A stretch of 64,000 nucleotides of DNA from Botryllus schlosseri (lineage: Eukaryota), in the NCBI GenBank assembly GCA_051294905.1, contig CM119372.1, forward strand, positions 38,876,001 through 38,940,000, written 5' to 3'. Below, piece by piece: positions 1 through 13,385 of this stretch. Both the position numbers and the translations under genes were made by a program. How positions within the stretch are numbered: the stretch's first letter is position 1; the number at the start of each line of letters is the position of its first letter. The notes beneath the pieces are model-generated. The model worked only from the letters and a program-made list of their open reading frames with translations, was not told the DNA's origin and searched no databases.

Positions 1-89
1 GTCTGCAGGTACTCGCGGAGTGGACGTTATTAAGCTGTTGGAGGTAGTGTCTCCGGTTTTATCACTCCTGTCGCTGTCTTCCTCTAGAA

Positions 90-1626
90 CAGTGGTTCTT
101 AACCTTGCCCCCAGCGCCCCCCAGGGGGCGCTGGCGATCTTGAAGGGGGGCGGAAACGCTCAGGGGGCGATATGGGGGGCGCTGGGCTCAGGGGGGCGAT
201 ATAGGGGGCGCTGGAGAAAAATGGCTTCGCAGTAGATGATGTGGTGATAGGACATACTTAATGAGTATTCAGAGCAAATTAACACCGAAAACTTCGTTAC
301 ATATAACCTTTAAAATACATATAGGTTTAATTGTCCATGGGCGCCTAAATGACTGACACCGAATGTTCCTGTCTTGGCAATCTGAACCCCAGAAGACGAA
401 TTCCATCTGGCAGGGAAAAATTATATGTCAGTGAAGAAATACCAATCTGAAATCGTGTGCGTCTTTTAGTTTAGTACGATTGGGCGACAGGGATATTGCT
501 GTTGGGCGATATCCCCGTTGAGCGATTCTATATTTTTTGATATTGCAGACAGGGGGTCACGAAATAACATCATGCAACGAAGTCATACCAACGGGTTCGC
601 CCGCCCGAATATGTTTAATTATTAGTAACGGGCCCTACAGTTTCCAAGAAACCTCACAATGTTCGCTTTAAGTTTTGATGAGTCTGCGCACACTCAACAA
701 CTCACTGCGCTGACCCTTGGACAACAGTGCGTAACGACTAAAAAAAGGTAATAACTCCGGATTTGTTGTGCGCAACGTAGAATTTCTGTGTGCAGAGACC
801 GTGTCAGCACTGCGCGCGTGCGCAGCTTAGAGGGAACATTGCACCTCACTCAGCTCTACCGGTAAATGGGTTTACGTGAGCAGAGAGAGGATAAAAATTG
901 ATCTCAATTTACATGCAATTCCCGATGATATTGACCAATTCAATCATTAATTAGTGAAATTTTTCGCACTTCGCGCGAATAGGCGAGAATAGCTGCCTCA
1001 GTAAATGGACACCCAATGTAAATACCTAATAGGCTGTCAGCAAATAGCGGACAGCCTACTGGGGGTCTGGGAGTGAAGTCCCCCGGAAGTTTGGTTTATC
1101 ACCCGATGGGGGCCCAGGACCAACGTTTTTTGTTTGGGGGGGGCTGACGAAGTGCTGTTACGGCCCTGGTAACGAATAATTGTACCTGCGGGCACGCCCG
1201 AATATGTTTAATTATTAATTACGTGCCCTTTATTTTCCTATACAACAGCTCACTCAGTGCTACTGGTAAATCCGATTACGTGGGCTGAGAGGATAAAAAG
1301 TTTATAGCGACTTATATATGTAATTACCACCTATTCACTCATGCATTATGGAAAATTTTGGCACCTAGGGCGACCAGGCCACACAAACTTTGCTGAGCAT
1401 CAAAATCACGATATGGGGTTCGTGGGGGCGAAGCCCTCAGAAGATCGGTTTATCACGCTATGGGTGCGCAAGGCAATCGTTTTTAGGGGGGATAACGAAG
1501 TGCTGTTACGGCCCTCCCTCTTACTCATTGTCTTTATTACATTCCTTACAATATGAAGTTGGGGGGCGCTGGAGCACGATAATTTTCGAAAGGGGGCGCT
1601 GGAAGAAAAAAGGTTAAGAACCACTG
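90..1626. mobile_element. Non-autonomous hAT (Buster/Charlie-type) element, copy A
   Basis: TIRs CAGTGGTTCTTAACCTT...AAGGTTAAGAACCACTG; perfect 8-bp TSD CTCTAGAA (82-89, 1627-1634) with central TA; GGGGCGCTGG subterminal repeats; no transposase ORF. Confidence 0.9.
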
Positions 1627-2194
1627 CTCTAGAACATGTCGTATGTTTTGGTGAACTGCTGGAACCATCAAAGACCACAATGACATTATGAAAGCAAACT
1701 TCAATGAGTCAATGTGAATGTTTTACTCGTAAACCTTAGGACATTTTCTTTGCGATGACAGGGCTTTTACCCAAGGTTGTAACCAACTCATAAGGCCCCA
1801 ACCATAATTCCATCTCAATTTTATAGTTTTGACTCGAGTCAAGTCGATTTATTTTCAATTCACCACCGAGTCAAGTCCGAGACCAAGTCAGCGAGCAGAG
1901 GGTTGAGTCCGAGTCATGGTATTATTGCTCGAGTCCGACTCCAAGTCATTGTGTTGATACTGCTCAGTTTCCAGTTTAAGCCATGTTAAATCCGCTTTTT
2001 TTTATAATTCTGCTCGGTGATATCGAATGACATGACATGACAACCATGGTCGGCGTCACTGACTTTTCATCCAGGTTAATCTGCATTGCCAATGGCCATC
2101 CTAAATTCAGCTGCTCCCTCAGTATTTCGACTACGTCATCAACCGTATACTTGTGGATCCAGTTGAGAAATACATGAGTATTGAGCAACCCCTT

Positions 2195-3613
2195 TTATCC
2201 ATCGTTGACGAATGGCTTCATTTCTTCAAACAATTTTAGGACAAGTTCAATGGCCCCTGCATCTCGCTTAATCTGTGTCTTGGTAAGCTCTCTGTGAACG
2301 GGTACATGTCTGCTGACGTCCTCATCCATTCGCCGGTTGACAACTGACAGATGACTGAGAGTGGGCACCCAACATCTGTGGCCAGAAAAGCTGTTGCCCA
2401 TTTTTCCTCTGCGGGTTCACCAATATGGTTCCCGTGCGCGGCAGACGCTCTAAAACTGGGGGCGGGGGTCGTGGAAGTATCTGAAGGGAGGCGCGAAGCC
2501 GCCTGAGAGAAATGATTTTCTTCAACTCGGAATGAGTTTAATTTGTGCTGAAACCTCCAGTTTCAACAATGGAAATAATCCTAATTAGGCCTTTCAATTT
2601 GAATTGTCATAATTCCGCCGTACCATCCACACACTAATGCTAGATTTTGAGGGATACCGAACCTTGAACTAATCAGAAGATGTCCCTGCATGAAATGTAA
2701 CTGGTAAATTCGTGTTTGCTACCATTGGGTTTTGATTTAGGTTGTGGTCAGGTCCGTTCGAGCTAAGATCTAGTGGGGCAATAGAAGGGGTTAGGCACCA
2801 AAATCGCTAAAATATCTATGTGCTACATGTTATCATTGCACATGGTTATGTTTAATAAATTATTCAACTGCAACTACATATTTGAGAAGTGTCTCAACAG
2901 CCATAAATACCTCCCGCGCCACCAAACAATGCATTGGGGTTGCAAACATTGGTTGCTCTTTTTAATACTTTTCGATATGACGATAAGAGGGGGACGAAAT
3001 TTTTTATCAAGGGGCGTGCCGAAAAAAGTTTGAGAACCGCTGATGATGGCCTGCAGGTGTGAAGCATCTTGGTAACAATGCAGGACAGATTCCCATTGTG
3101 GTCTGCGAGTCACTCGTTTCCGATAAAGACATTGGGCATATCTACCATGTATTGGTACTCCACCTAGAGTGCAGGTGTTCTTCCTCTTTCTGCGAATCGA
3201 TTGAACGTTTCTTCAAACCTTCGCTCAAATACTCGCAATACTGGGTCACAGTGTCTGGCTCCCATTTCCCCACCAGTCACCTTTTTCATGAAGGACTTCA
3301 TGTCACCACGCTTACCCTCAGTTGAGGCAATTTCTATGGTATGTTGATAGATTGCTGCATCGACGAGGAGGTGAGGAGGGACTGCCTTGTCAAAACATCC
3401 TCCATCCATGATGTGGATGGTTGTTGTGCTTCCAGCATAGATCAGCTGGATCACATCTAGTAGCCCAGAATATTCCATGTTGTCACCAATCGGTCCAAGA
3501 TAAGATTTCAATAGGTGAAAACCGCTCAACCTTGGAATGACTGGTAAATTTGTCTGCTTCATTATATATATATATATAGCCTTCAGTCGAATCGGAAGAT
3601 CGACGGTCACCAT
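2195..3613 (-). pseudogene. Degraded Academ-like DNA transposase fragments
   Basis: ORF 3164-3613 has VTVDLPIRLKA...VIPRLSGFHLLKSYLGPIG..MEYSGL...HLLVDAA, matching from recall the FDQPL..KA / RLGGFH..MSFLG.IG..M.GSGL motifs of Academ-type transposases; fragment 2195-2401 (H.EL...QIKRD...KPF) is collinear; broken by stops and an insertion. Confidence 0.55.
2442..3042. mobile_element. Degenerate hAT-type MITE interrupting the Academ-like remnant
   Basis: Right end GTTTGAGAACCGCTG; eroded left end CAGACGCTCTAAAAC; no clean TSD. Confidence 0.45.
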
Positions 3614-4412
3614 AGCTACCCCAACGCGCTGTGTGCACTCTTTAAGACTGGCGAAGAAGGTTTTGAGGTCATCAGGGGTAACTGGAAGGAATTCGATCTG
3701 TTAGCGCTGTTTTGCATCATTACCATTGATTCTCTTAATCCAGCCATTCCAGTTGGAATGTTGAAACTCAAAATCGTTGGCTTTATTAACCCAAACCGCT
3801 GCTCATAGTGTGTTACCTGGATAGATGAGCGTCTGATCCAATCTGATGCATACGCCAAGGATCAGAAATTATGGTGAAACAGCGACGAACCATTCAGTAA
3901 CAATTGACAATGAACTCGCACAAGGCCGTGCTGGATTCATAGCCGTTTTTTTACTTCGGTACATTTGCGTCCATCTTATGGAACGGAATGATACAGAAAA
4001 TACCGTTTTAGACCTTGCTGCGTGGCTTAGAACAGTATTTAAGGAATTACTGAACTGGTTTTAGGCATATATATGTGTGTGTTACCCAGTATTACAGTAT
4101 ACAGAATTTGTTGAATCGTTCGGTATCGAATTACTGAACGGTGTACTTATGACTAGATAACTATAGTTATCTATATATGCCCTCAGTGCCATACTTTCAC
4201 ATATATTTCCACAAAACAGCCTGTAGTAAAATGTAAATTTTAACAATCAATTGAGAAACATAAAAAACCATTATTAAACCCATCCTTGGTTACTTATAGC
4301 CGATTAAGAAAAAAAAATTTCAACTTTTTTTATTTTTTTTTATTTTTTCAAAGTTGTCAAATTTAACAGCTTTTTTTCTGGGTTTCCCACAAGAGTTGAA
4401 CTTCAACATTTA

Positions 4413-4900
4413 ATGAACTACCCGGTGTGTGCCAGTCATTACAATGACAGTTTGTTCACTGTGATTGCTAAATGCAGATCTGCCTTCCATCTGTCTGTCT
4501 TGGAGTCAACCATAATAAAATTGACCAATCCGGATTTATGTCGGCAGAAAGATTTTCTATATAATCTCAAAATTTCCCTATTAATATATACCGCTATTTG
4601 TCTGTGTGTTGTCTTCCGTGCATTATAGTATAATTTGATTTTCTCTCGTCTCTTGTTATGACTACCGGTACAGCTGACTTTGCCTAGCGTTAATTTTTTA
4701 TTATTGTATTATTACGTCATACTTTGCCTTTTGGGTTTTCGTTTGAATCTCTCTCTGTATGCTTATTATTGTGCCGTTAACTCTCGATAAGGGGCACACG
4801 AAAAGTCTTCGAGTTAATAAATTCTTTACTGCAATGAATGTAGTTGTGAAAGCAATACTCAAGTTTAGTACCGCCAACCATATTTTCAACATTTTAACAC
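4413..4900 (+). mobile_element. Penelope-like element 3' fragment (family 2): GIY-YIG C-terminus plus pLTR
   Basis: Peptide FTVIAKCRSAFHLSVLESTIIKLTNPDLCRQKDF is homologous to the end of the GIY-YIG ORF at 57363-57845; the 3' region recurs at 37505-37920. Confidence 0.7.
4777..4817 (+). ncRNA. Degenerate minimal type I hammerhead ribozyme
   Basis: Stem I TTAACTC/GAGTTAA flanks TCGATAA-GGGGCACAC-GAAA-AGTCT-TC; core mutated relative to CUGANGA. Confidence 0.45.
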
Positions 4901-5003
4901 ATGTTATAAGAGACCTTGAAAGACATATTGGTAAAGAAATTGTTTGGTAACAATATAGTTCACAGATTTGTGAAATATTTCATAAAATGCCCTTACTATA
5001 GAG

Positions 5004-6543
5004 CAGTGGTTCTTAACCTTTTTTCTTCCAGCGCCCCCTTTCAAAAATTATCGTGCTCCAGCGCCCCCCCCCCAACTTCATATTGTAAGGAATGTATTAA
5101 AGACTATGAGTAAGAGAGAGGGCCGTAACAGCACTTCGTTAACCCCCCTAAAAACGATTGCCTTGCGCACCCATGGCGTGATAATCCGAACTTCTGAGGG
5201 CTTCGCCCCCACGAACCCCATATCGTGATTTTGATGGTCAGCAAAGTTTGGTCGCCCCAGGTAATAAAATTTTCCATAATGCATGAATGAATAGGTGGTA
5301 ATTACATATATAACTCGCTATAAACTTTTTATCCTCTCAGCCCACGTAATCAGATTTACCAGTAGCACTGAGTGAGCTGTTGTATAGGAAAATAAAGGGC
5401 ACGTAATTAATAATTAAACATATTCGGGCGTGCCCGCAGGTACAATTATTCGTTACCAGGGCCGTAACAGTACTTCGTCAGCCCCCCTCCAAACAAAAAA
5501 CGTTGGTCCTGGGCTCCCATCGGGTGATAAACCAAACTTCCGGGGGACTTCACTCCCAGACCCCCATTAGGCTGTCCGCTATTTGCTGATAGCCTATTAG
5601 GTATCTACATTGGGTGTCCATTTACTGAGGCAGCTATTCTCGCCTATTCGCGCGAAGTGCGAAAAGTTTCACGAAATAATGATTGAATTGGTCAATATCA
5701 TCGGGAATTGCATGTAAATTGATACCGTATCAATTTTTATCCTCTCTCTGCTCACGTAAACACATTTACCGGTAGAGCTGAGTGAGGTGCAATGTTCCCT
5801 CTAATCTGCGCACGTGCGCAGTGCTGACACGGTCTCTGCACTCAGAAAATCTACGTTGCGCACAACAAATCCGGAGTCATTACCTTTTTTTAGTCGTTGC
5901 GCACTGTTGTCCAAGGGTCAGCGCAGTGAGTTGTTGAGTGTGCGCAGACTCATCAAAACTTAAAGCGAACATTGTGAGGTTTCTTGGAAACTGTAGGGCC
6001 CGTTACTAATAATTAAACATATTCGGGCGGGCGAACCCGTTGGTATGACTTCGTTGCATGATGTTATTTCGTGAGCCCCTGTCTGCAATATCAAAAAATA
6101 TAGAATCGATCAACGGGGATATCGCCCAACCGGAATATCCCTGTCGCCCAATCGTACTAAGCTAAAAGACGCACACGATTTCAGATTGGTATTTCTTCAC
6201 TGACATATAATTTTTCCCTGCCAGATGGAATTCGTCTTCTAGGGTTCAGATTGCCAAGAGAGGAACATTCGGTGTCAGTCATTTAGGCGCCCATGGACAA
6301 TTAAACCTATATGTATTTTGAAGGCTATATGTAACGAAGTTTTCGGTGTTAATTTGCTCTGAATACTCATTAAGGATATGTCCTATCACCACATCATCTA
6401 CTGCGAAGCCATTTTTCTCCAGCGCCCCCCATACCGCCCCCTTGAGCCCACCGCCCCCCATATTGCCCCCTGAGCGTTTCCGCCCCCCTTCAAGATCGCC
6501 AGCGCCCCCTGGGGGGCGCTGGAGGCAAGGTTAAGAACCACTG
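5004..6543. mobile_element. Non-autonomous hAT element, copy B (inverted relative to copy A)
   Basis: Near-identical reverse complement of 90-1626 with the same TIRs; flanking 8-mers CTATAGAG and GTATAGGT do not match. Confidence 0.9.
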
Positions 6544-7333
6544 GTATAGGTCTACCTGTTCCTGTAGATTCCATTCGACATGCCTGATTGTTTTCATACT
6601 ACATGTAAAATGGTTTGATAAGATTTCTAATCACGGATTCGTTTTGCCCATGTCTGCGCCTCTAGACCTGTACTTACATCGACTGTATTATCGAATCTGA
6701 ACCTTGCAGTATCCATGCGATGCGGAAACCAGATGAATTTTTTCAATTACAAATATATATAACACATTATTCATGAAACCAGATAATGATAAGAATTAGG
6801 AGATGTAAGTGGAAGTACACTTCATACGTAGCAAGTATCTCAATATATCTCACGGTTCGTGCGTGTTGCATTTCGAGTATACTAGCACGACCTCAGACAT
6901 ACAATTTTGTCTAGCTGCATAGGATAAGATCAAGGCCTAAAATTAGATGGCTGTTTGGTATCAAGCGACGGGGGCAATATTTATAAATTTGCTGTTCAAC
7001 CTCTGATACCTGAAATGCCGCAGGGGATCATACTCACGGTGTGCGATAGCATTGAACTGATGCCTCTACCGGATGAAATTCGTGTATAATAATACGCCGA
7101 GATCTTATGAACTACCCGCGATTTCTCTGGGGACAGTGGTTCGTAACCGTAAATGACATTAAATATACCACATTACAGCAGATACGGGGTGATCACTTCA
7201 CTAATATAATTGATTGCGATTACGATTACTTCTGAATCACGCGGGCACGATAACGATTACTGAAAATCTCGAAGTAGTCTATTACAATTACATAGAAAAT
7301 TAATCACGATTACATATACCTTTCATTTTATAC

Positions 7334-8682
7334 CAGGGTTATAAATATATTTCGACCGCGACCCAAATCTGGGTTATAAGTCATATCGCGGCCCAAGCCT
7401 CACACATCGACAGGACTGCATTTTAATGTCAGTATGCCACGTATTTACGGGCGTGTGTGAAATAGAGAAAGCACAGACAGCCTGTTGTGCGCAATGCAGT
7501 TCTGTGAAACATGTGTGACCAAAGCAATTTCTAATCGGGGTTCATTAGTTACCTCGCGGGGCAGCATGTGTACTTCAGGGCTCAGATTGCAAGAACGAGT
7601 GTATTCGGCATATCAGCCAACTAGCAACGGTTAATTTGGGCCATGGTTTCATCGCATTTATCCTGCGTATTTAGCACCGCACTTTGGCCACATCCACATG
7701 CAGGCCAAAACTTTATGTCTTCAAGTGTCCCGGCGCGCACGGAAAGGGCGGCCACGAAATACCGTTGTACACTCCTAGACTAAAGCAGCCCAACGGTATC
7801 CCGAGGCGTTGAGAGAGGCGTTGAGCGATACTAAGGATGTTCTTCTCTTTAGCAATTGCGAATAAAGTTTATTCATGTCTGTAAATTATGCGTACTAAGA
7901 AATATCGGGTTTGTTTGTTTGTTTTATTCGCACAACATTGGCGCTTATCGCCTAAGGTCATTTGCGCCCAGTACATCAATTTCAGTAATGTCAACTGTAT
8001 TTTTACGGTCTTTTCGTCGTATTACGGACGATATCCATGCACGCACTCTTCCACCATCAGTCTCTCTCGATTTTCACGCGCCCGCAACTTAGTCTTTTGA
8101 TGCCATCTTTCACGAGTTTGGCTCTCTCTTTCCCTGGGCTTTTCAAGGCGCTGTATTTACAGCGGGATCGGCGATGAGGAGCCCAGATAAACCTCCGACA
8201 CATAGAAACATGGGAGAGCCGAGACTGGAACCAGTAACCATTGCTGTCATGACTGCAGTGTTTAACCAACTGCGCCACTCGCTTCCCCAGGAATATCGGG
8301 TGAGGCAATTAGAGCTGCGCCATTTCCTTCCCTCTACCGTGCCCGAGTATTACCCACTTAAGTTGGACATTTCCAGTCAAGCCACCGTCAGACAAATCTT
8401 ATCATGAAATGAAACCAATTTTTGTAATACAAAGGTCGGTACATTTTCATTATCACGCCATCGTATAGTAACGACTTTTCTACGTGTCGCGCTTATTGCC
8501 TATAGTGGGCCTATTCAAAACAGTGACCTTGTTTAGGCACAAACCAAGCACATGATATCTCGCGAAGCGAAAATAAATTTTGGTGCTGCTAGAAATTTAG
8601 CAATCGCTTAAGGCGTTTGCGACCCAAATTCTACTGTCCGCGACCCATGTTTGGATCGCGACCCTTACTTTAAAACACCCTG
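7334..8682. mobile_element. hAT-type MITE (CAGGG ends) containing a SINE
   Basis: CAGGGTT...CACCCTG ends, CGCGACCC subterminal motifs, imperfect TSD TTTTATAC/TTTTAGAA. Confidence 0.55.
8095..8287 (-). mobile_element. tRNA-derived SINE
   Basis: Minus-strand A box TGGCGCAGTTGG and B-box-like GGTTCCAGTC followed by a non-tRNA body; 3' boundary approximate. Confidence 0.55.
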
Positions 8683-9699
8683 TTTTAGAATTTAGGCGTT
8701 GAATACTTATTGGAATATAATATAACGATTGAGATGAGAAGGACCAAATTTCTTTAGAACTGTAACATCTTTCGGTCGTTACGCCACACTATATCCATTG
8801 GCCAACTTTGTAGGTGACGATTTCTTGCCAACGTCGACTTTGATTCTAGTTACAACTTACGCTAATGTGGTATATAAGCGGATGGCTATGGCAGCAGATT
8901 CTAATGCTTTTGAAAATTGGATTTCAAATGTAGATTCGAATGTCTTCGAGTCAAGACAATTTGTGCATTGACTCGACTTGGACTCGAGTTATTGCACATG
9001 GATTGACCGAATCATATGCCCGGTATGACTCGACACATGCTATTTTTTATTCATATCTCGTATATTAGTGCCGATGCTTTAAAAATAGACATGTTTAGCG
9101 GGAGAAAAATGAGTATGGTGCAAATTTGAGGCTGTCGATATTACCCAAGAGTATTGCAGAAGTGAGTTGAACCTGACTTGAACTCACTCGATACTGAACA
9201 GCAAACACTGTGACTTGGGTTCGACCCGTTGCTCTCTGACTTGGACTCGGAGTCGGCTCTTGCTGTCATATTACTGCACACCAGCAGATGTCAATCACTT
9301 TATTGCGCGTACAAATGAAAAAACGACGTCAGCGGGAGATCGGGTGCCGCTAAGTAGTTGATTCTCTGTAGTTGGCGGCACTGAAAACATGAATTGCTGA
9401 TTTGCGAAGGACTGAAATACTGTAGATACAGTCGGATTCCAAGAGGAAGCTTGAGAAAAGACTATAATAGTTTATGTAATTCTTTCTAATTCATCAGCAC
9501 TCACCCTGAAACCCCTGAATACCCAACAAGCGGGAATTCCCACTGGCCGACAGCAACTTAGTGTCAAATTCAAACCTAACTTTAAGATGCCAGTATCATA
9601 CCAAATACCTTCCGAATTACGAATTACCGTGCAAAGTTCATTAGCGTCCTAAGCGTGCTTGCCATTGTAAAATACCTGCTTAGGTAGTTGATGATCCAC

Positions 9700-10631
9700 C
9701 AGTGTTGGGATCAAGTCACTACCTTCGAGTCACGAGTCATTTCGAGTCATTGCACATTTTGACTCGAGTCAAGTCAAGTCGATCGATTTTCAAAGGTGAC
9801 TCGAGTCAAGTCAAGTCACTTGATTTTTAAAGGTGACTCGAGTCAAGTCGAGTCAAGTCAAGTCAAGTCACGAGTCAAGTCACAATTCAAGTCAAGTTGC
9901 CTTTTCGAAGTATGAGGCATGATAACGTCATTGCATTTTGCTAGCTGTCTGAGATACAGATTGAGCGGTCATTGATTTTGAACCGATGAACGAATATAGA
10001 GTTGAATATACACGCAAGAAGGCGCTGAATCGCTCACGTATGCGTAGAACTGCTAGACCTCAGCTTAATTACCAGCCAAAATAGAAAATAGATAGGAATT
10101 GATAGGATGCAATACTACACTTATTTACAAATCGATATGATACAATTAGAGCCTGCGCCAATGGTCGAGGACTAAACAATATATATTCGAATTCGATTTC
10201 AATAAAACAAGAGGTTTGGTTAAGGTAAAAACAGAGAACAGAAATTACTTTACTTTGCTAGTTTACGACAACGTAAGCTGTAAGCTTCGATCACTTCGTT
10301 TTGCGGTCAATTTATTTGTGATAGAACAATGGAGGCTCTGTAAAACGCACGATCATTACATGATTGGTCGCTATCACGGTTACACCATCGTTTCGCGAAC
10401 AATCCGAACATATGCAAGATGCAGGGATTTTCATCGACGCCGATTACTTGATGACTTGAAATTGACTCGTGAATTTTGCTCCGAGTCACAAGTCAATCCA
10501 CATTTCTGCTACGCCGAGTCAAGTTAAGTCAAGTCATTTTAGCAAAGTGACTCGAGTCAAGTCAAGTCCCACAAAAAAGGTGACTCGAGTCTGACTCGAG
10601 TCAAGTCATGTCTCGAGTCATCCCAACACTG
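9700..10631. mobile_element. MITE with GACTCGAGTC/CAAGT subterminal arrays
   Basis: TIR CAGTGTTGGGAT...ATCCCAACACTG; related fragments at ~1830-1960, ~8940-9260 and ~31370-31882. Confidence 0.75.
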
Positions 10632-11426
10632 GATTCATGATACAACAACTGCTGCTTAGGCTTTATTAATGTATACCTGTCGGCCGTGGCCGCCGGACAC
10701 CAAACGAAACTTTAACGCGAGGCCTCACTACTATATAACTGTAGACTAATAGGGGTAGCAGGGCACGGCGACGCCTAAACTGTAAATCCATGGTTAGATC
10801 ATGTAAAATTGGAGGAATTACTGCCATTCATTATGCTACAACGCTAAAAGCGCCTAAACCTTGACCTGAAAGTCGTCATCGCCACACGGGATTTTCAATA
10901 CTTGATGTAAGATTGACTGCCACGACTGTACCCACTATCCTATCCTGATGTAGCCTACGGTAGACGTACTGAGTAACGAAGTACTTATAATTTTTACCAG
11001 TACTCATGTAGTTTGCTCTACTTGCAGTTCTTGCTTAAGTAAATCTAATTTTCTTCATATTTTGTGATTTTCATACTTGCTTTTCGCTACTTACAGTTTG
11101 TCAAGTAGCAGTATGTTCTTCCGAAAGGTCGGCTGACTGAGACGGAAAACATTATGGGGACGAAATTTTTATTCGGTTACAAGTAGAATTGTGGATTGGT
11201 GGCATACTGTTATAGCAGTTAATCAGAAATAGCCACATTCGATGCATCTGCGCGACTAATGCTAAATGGCCAATCACACTACAAATAGGTGCAATTCTCA
11301 AACTTATCTCCAGTTACCGTGATACGGAAGCTATGTCACGAGTGGCTTATCACAATTTCATTCATAATCGTGATTAAAACACATCTTAAAGATACTTCAT
11401 TCTTAACAAAATACATAGGCTAAAGA

Positions 11427-11977
11427 AGTGGCGAGATAGCGCAGTGGTAAAATCCGCGGCTACAACACCAATGGATGCGGGTTCGAGTCCGACCGCGGTC
11501 GACTTCCGAATTACGATACCTAAGTGTTGGAGGTTTACCTAGGCTCCTCCTCGTTACCACATCCGCGTCAGCGGTGTCTTACAAAAGCCTAGAGGTGGGC
11601 CGTGCTATAAGTCGGCAGTTACGGAAAATAAAAAGAATTTCGGCCTGGTGTAAATGACCATAGTAGTCGACAGCAGAGGTGGTCAGTAACGAAGTACTTC
11701 TACTTTTTGAAGTACTTGAAGTAGATTTTGCCTACTCAAACTACTTTTTAAGTAGTTATGATTTTAGACTACTTCTACTTCTACTTGACAGTTTTCAGTT
11801 TTGTAGGCAAAAATAAGCGTAGAATGCCTACTTACTTACTTACTTGTGAACCACCACTCCTACTTCTACTTGAGTAGAAATTCCGGCGTTACTTCTACTT
11901 CTACTTGAGTAGCGAAGATGGCTACTTTGACCACCTCTGGTCGACAGACACCATGAATACCCCAAACAAACAAACAA
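11427..11977 (+). mobile_element. tRNA-derived SINE (interrupted by a MITE)
   Basis: A box TAGCGCAGTGG, B box GGTTCGAGTCC, (CAAA)n tail, flanking direct repeat AGGCTAAAGA; uninterrupted relative at ~34972-35225. Confidence 0.8.
11674..11939. mobile_element. hAT-type MITE (CAGAGGTGGTCA TIR, CTACTT-rich)
   Basis: TIR CAGAGGTGGTCA...TGACCACCTCTG; perfect 8-bp TSD GTCGACAG. Confidence 0.9.
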
Positions 11978-12222
11978 AGGCTAAAGAGAAAGTAGTTTAC
12001 CTACAACACAGTTATGTATAGAAAACTAAGTAATCAAACACATAACCGCATTGAGTAAGTAGTGAAAAAAGGCCGATCTATTTCACTCTTGACCATCGAT
12101 CTCTACTCTCATGTTACAAATCAAAATAACTGTCCCTTTCCATTCGCAACTATCCAACGTAGAAGGCTCATTTCCGCGAAGCAGAACCATATAACACGTA
12201 CATATATAATATATATATTTTA

Positions 12223-13385
12223 CTAAGATAAAGTGTGTTCTGCAGTGTAATTAGCGTTTATGGACTCGTAATATTCATTCATTTCTTCCCACAATGTGAT
12301 CAGCTCGAACGGTAGCGCTTTATGATATGTTTTGATAGTTGAGAGACAGTACGGAGTCGGGTCTTTCAATCCCCAACTGGCAAAACTCTTACGGCCATTG
12401 ATTGGCTTGACGCCAACAGCTTTGGCTAGCGTACCCACGAAAGCGTCATCAACCGGGAGCATATACTTCCAGAAAGTGGCAATCCATAATCTCACCACCA
12501 GACTTCCGCTAATCAAGAAACCACCTCCGGACACGTAAGGCGGGTAGAGTTTATCCGGGTACAAACGTCTGCTCACGTAATACCTTGAGGTATTCACGCG
12601 GACTGGCGGTTGGCCCATAAGCGTTGACCCGGTCCAAAGGTCTTGTTCTCTTTCGACTGGAAGAGACATGAGAAATTCCAGAATATTTCTCATATTCATG
12701 AGCATATCGTCATCTCCTTGAATTAAAAAGGGTACATCCATACAGTGTGTCGCATACCATTGCCACAGCAAACAATGCTTCAAGCTTAAATTGTGAAAAC
12801 TGTCCATGAAATCCCATTGCAATATATCGGCATGCGTAGTCAATTCGTCCCACAGTTTATCAGTGTCTTCGTTTGTCACACAATCCCCCAGCAAGAAAAC
12901 TAATTTCACTCTTACCCCTGTCGTGTGGTATGTCCGCGATTCGTTGCCCCATGTTTCCCTGATAGCATCTCTTCGAAATCTATGGTTACAAGTAGACTTG
13001 ATACCCATTAAAAGAAAAACGTCATTTTTGAAATTAAAGCTATTGAAGCCATGCGGGTTGTTCAAACTGTCACATGTGTTGTTATCTGAAACTATCAATC
13101 TGTAATCTCTTTTTTGTGAAATTACTTCGGCACTGGTAGCGTTTATCATCAGGCTCGGGTCCGTGTGTTTATCCATGCTTTCAATGCCAGGCAGTTGATA
13201 CTTGTTGCCGGTGCTGAAATTTAACGTCTTTAGCGCGTTTACAGTGAAATTTATATGGGCGGCGAAACTGCCCTTTGCTTGATAGAATGTCCGGTTTGTT
13301 TTGGTGACGTTGTCTCTCAAACGACCGAATCTTACGCTGTCAGATAGGTTCTGATTGGTCGCGTGCCATTGCGACCTCAGCATTC
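12223..13385 (-). CDS. GT31 beta-1,3-glycosyltransferase (B3GNT-like) paralog 1, catalytic exon
   Basis: Motifs IKS...RRDAIRETWG, VFLLG, DILQWDFMDSFHNLSLK, GDDD, YPPYVSGGGF, PVDDAFVG; acceptor TTCTTACAG|GA at 13386/13385. Confidence 0.93.

Noticed and set aside
20..1678. Short ORFs in the hAT element copies and other MITEs
   Set aside because: Low-complexity translations of repeats with no domains
11427..11500. Functional tRNA gene (also ~8214-8287)
   Set aside because: No convincing cloverleaf, and it continues into a SINE body with a tail
12332..13105. Conserved plus-strand ORFs (mirrored at 32425-33198)
   Set aside because: Antisense shadows of the duplicated GT31 exon
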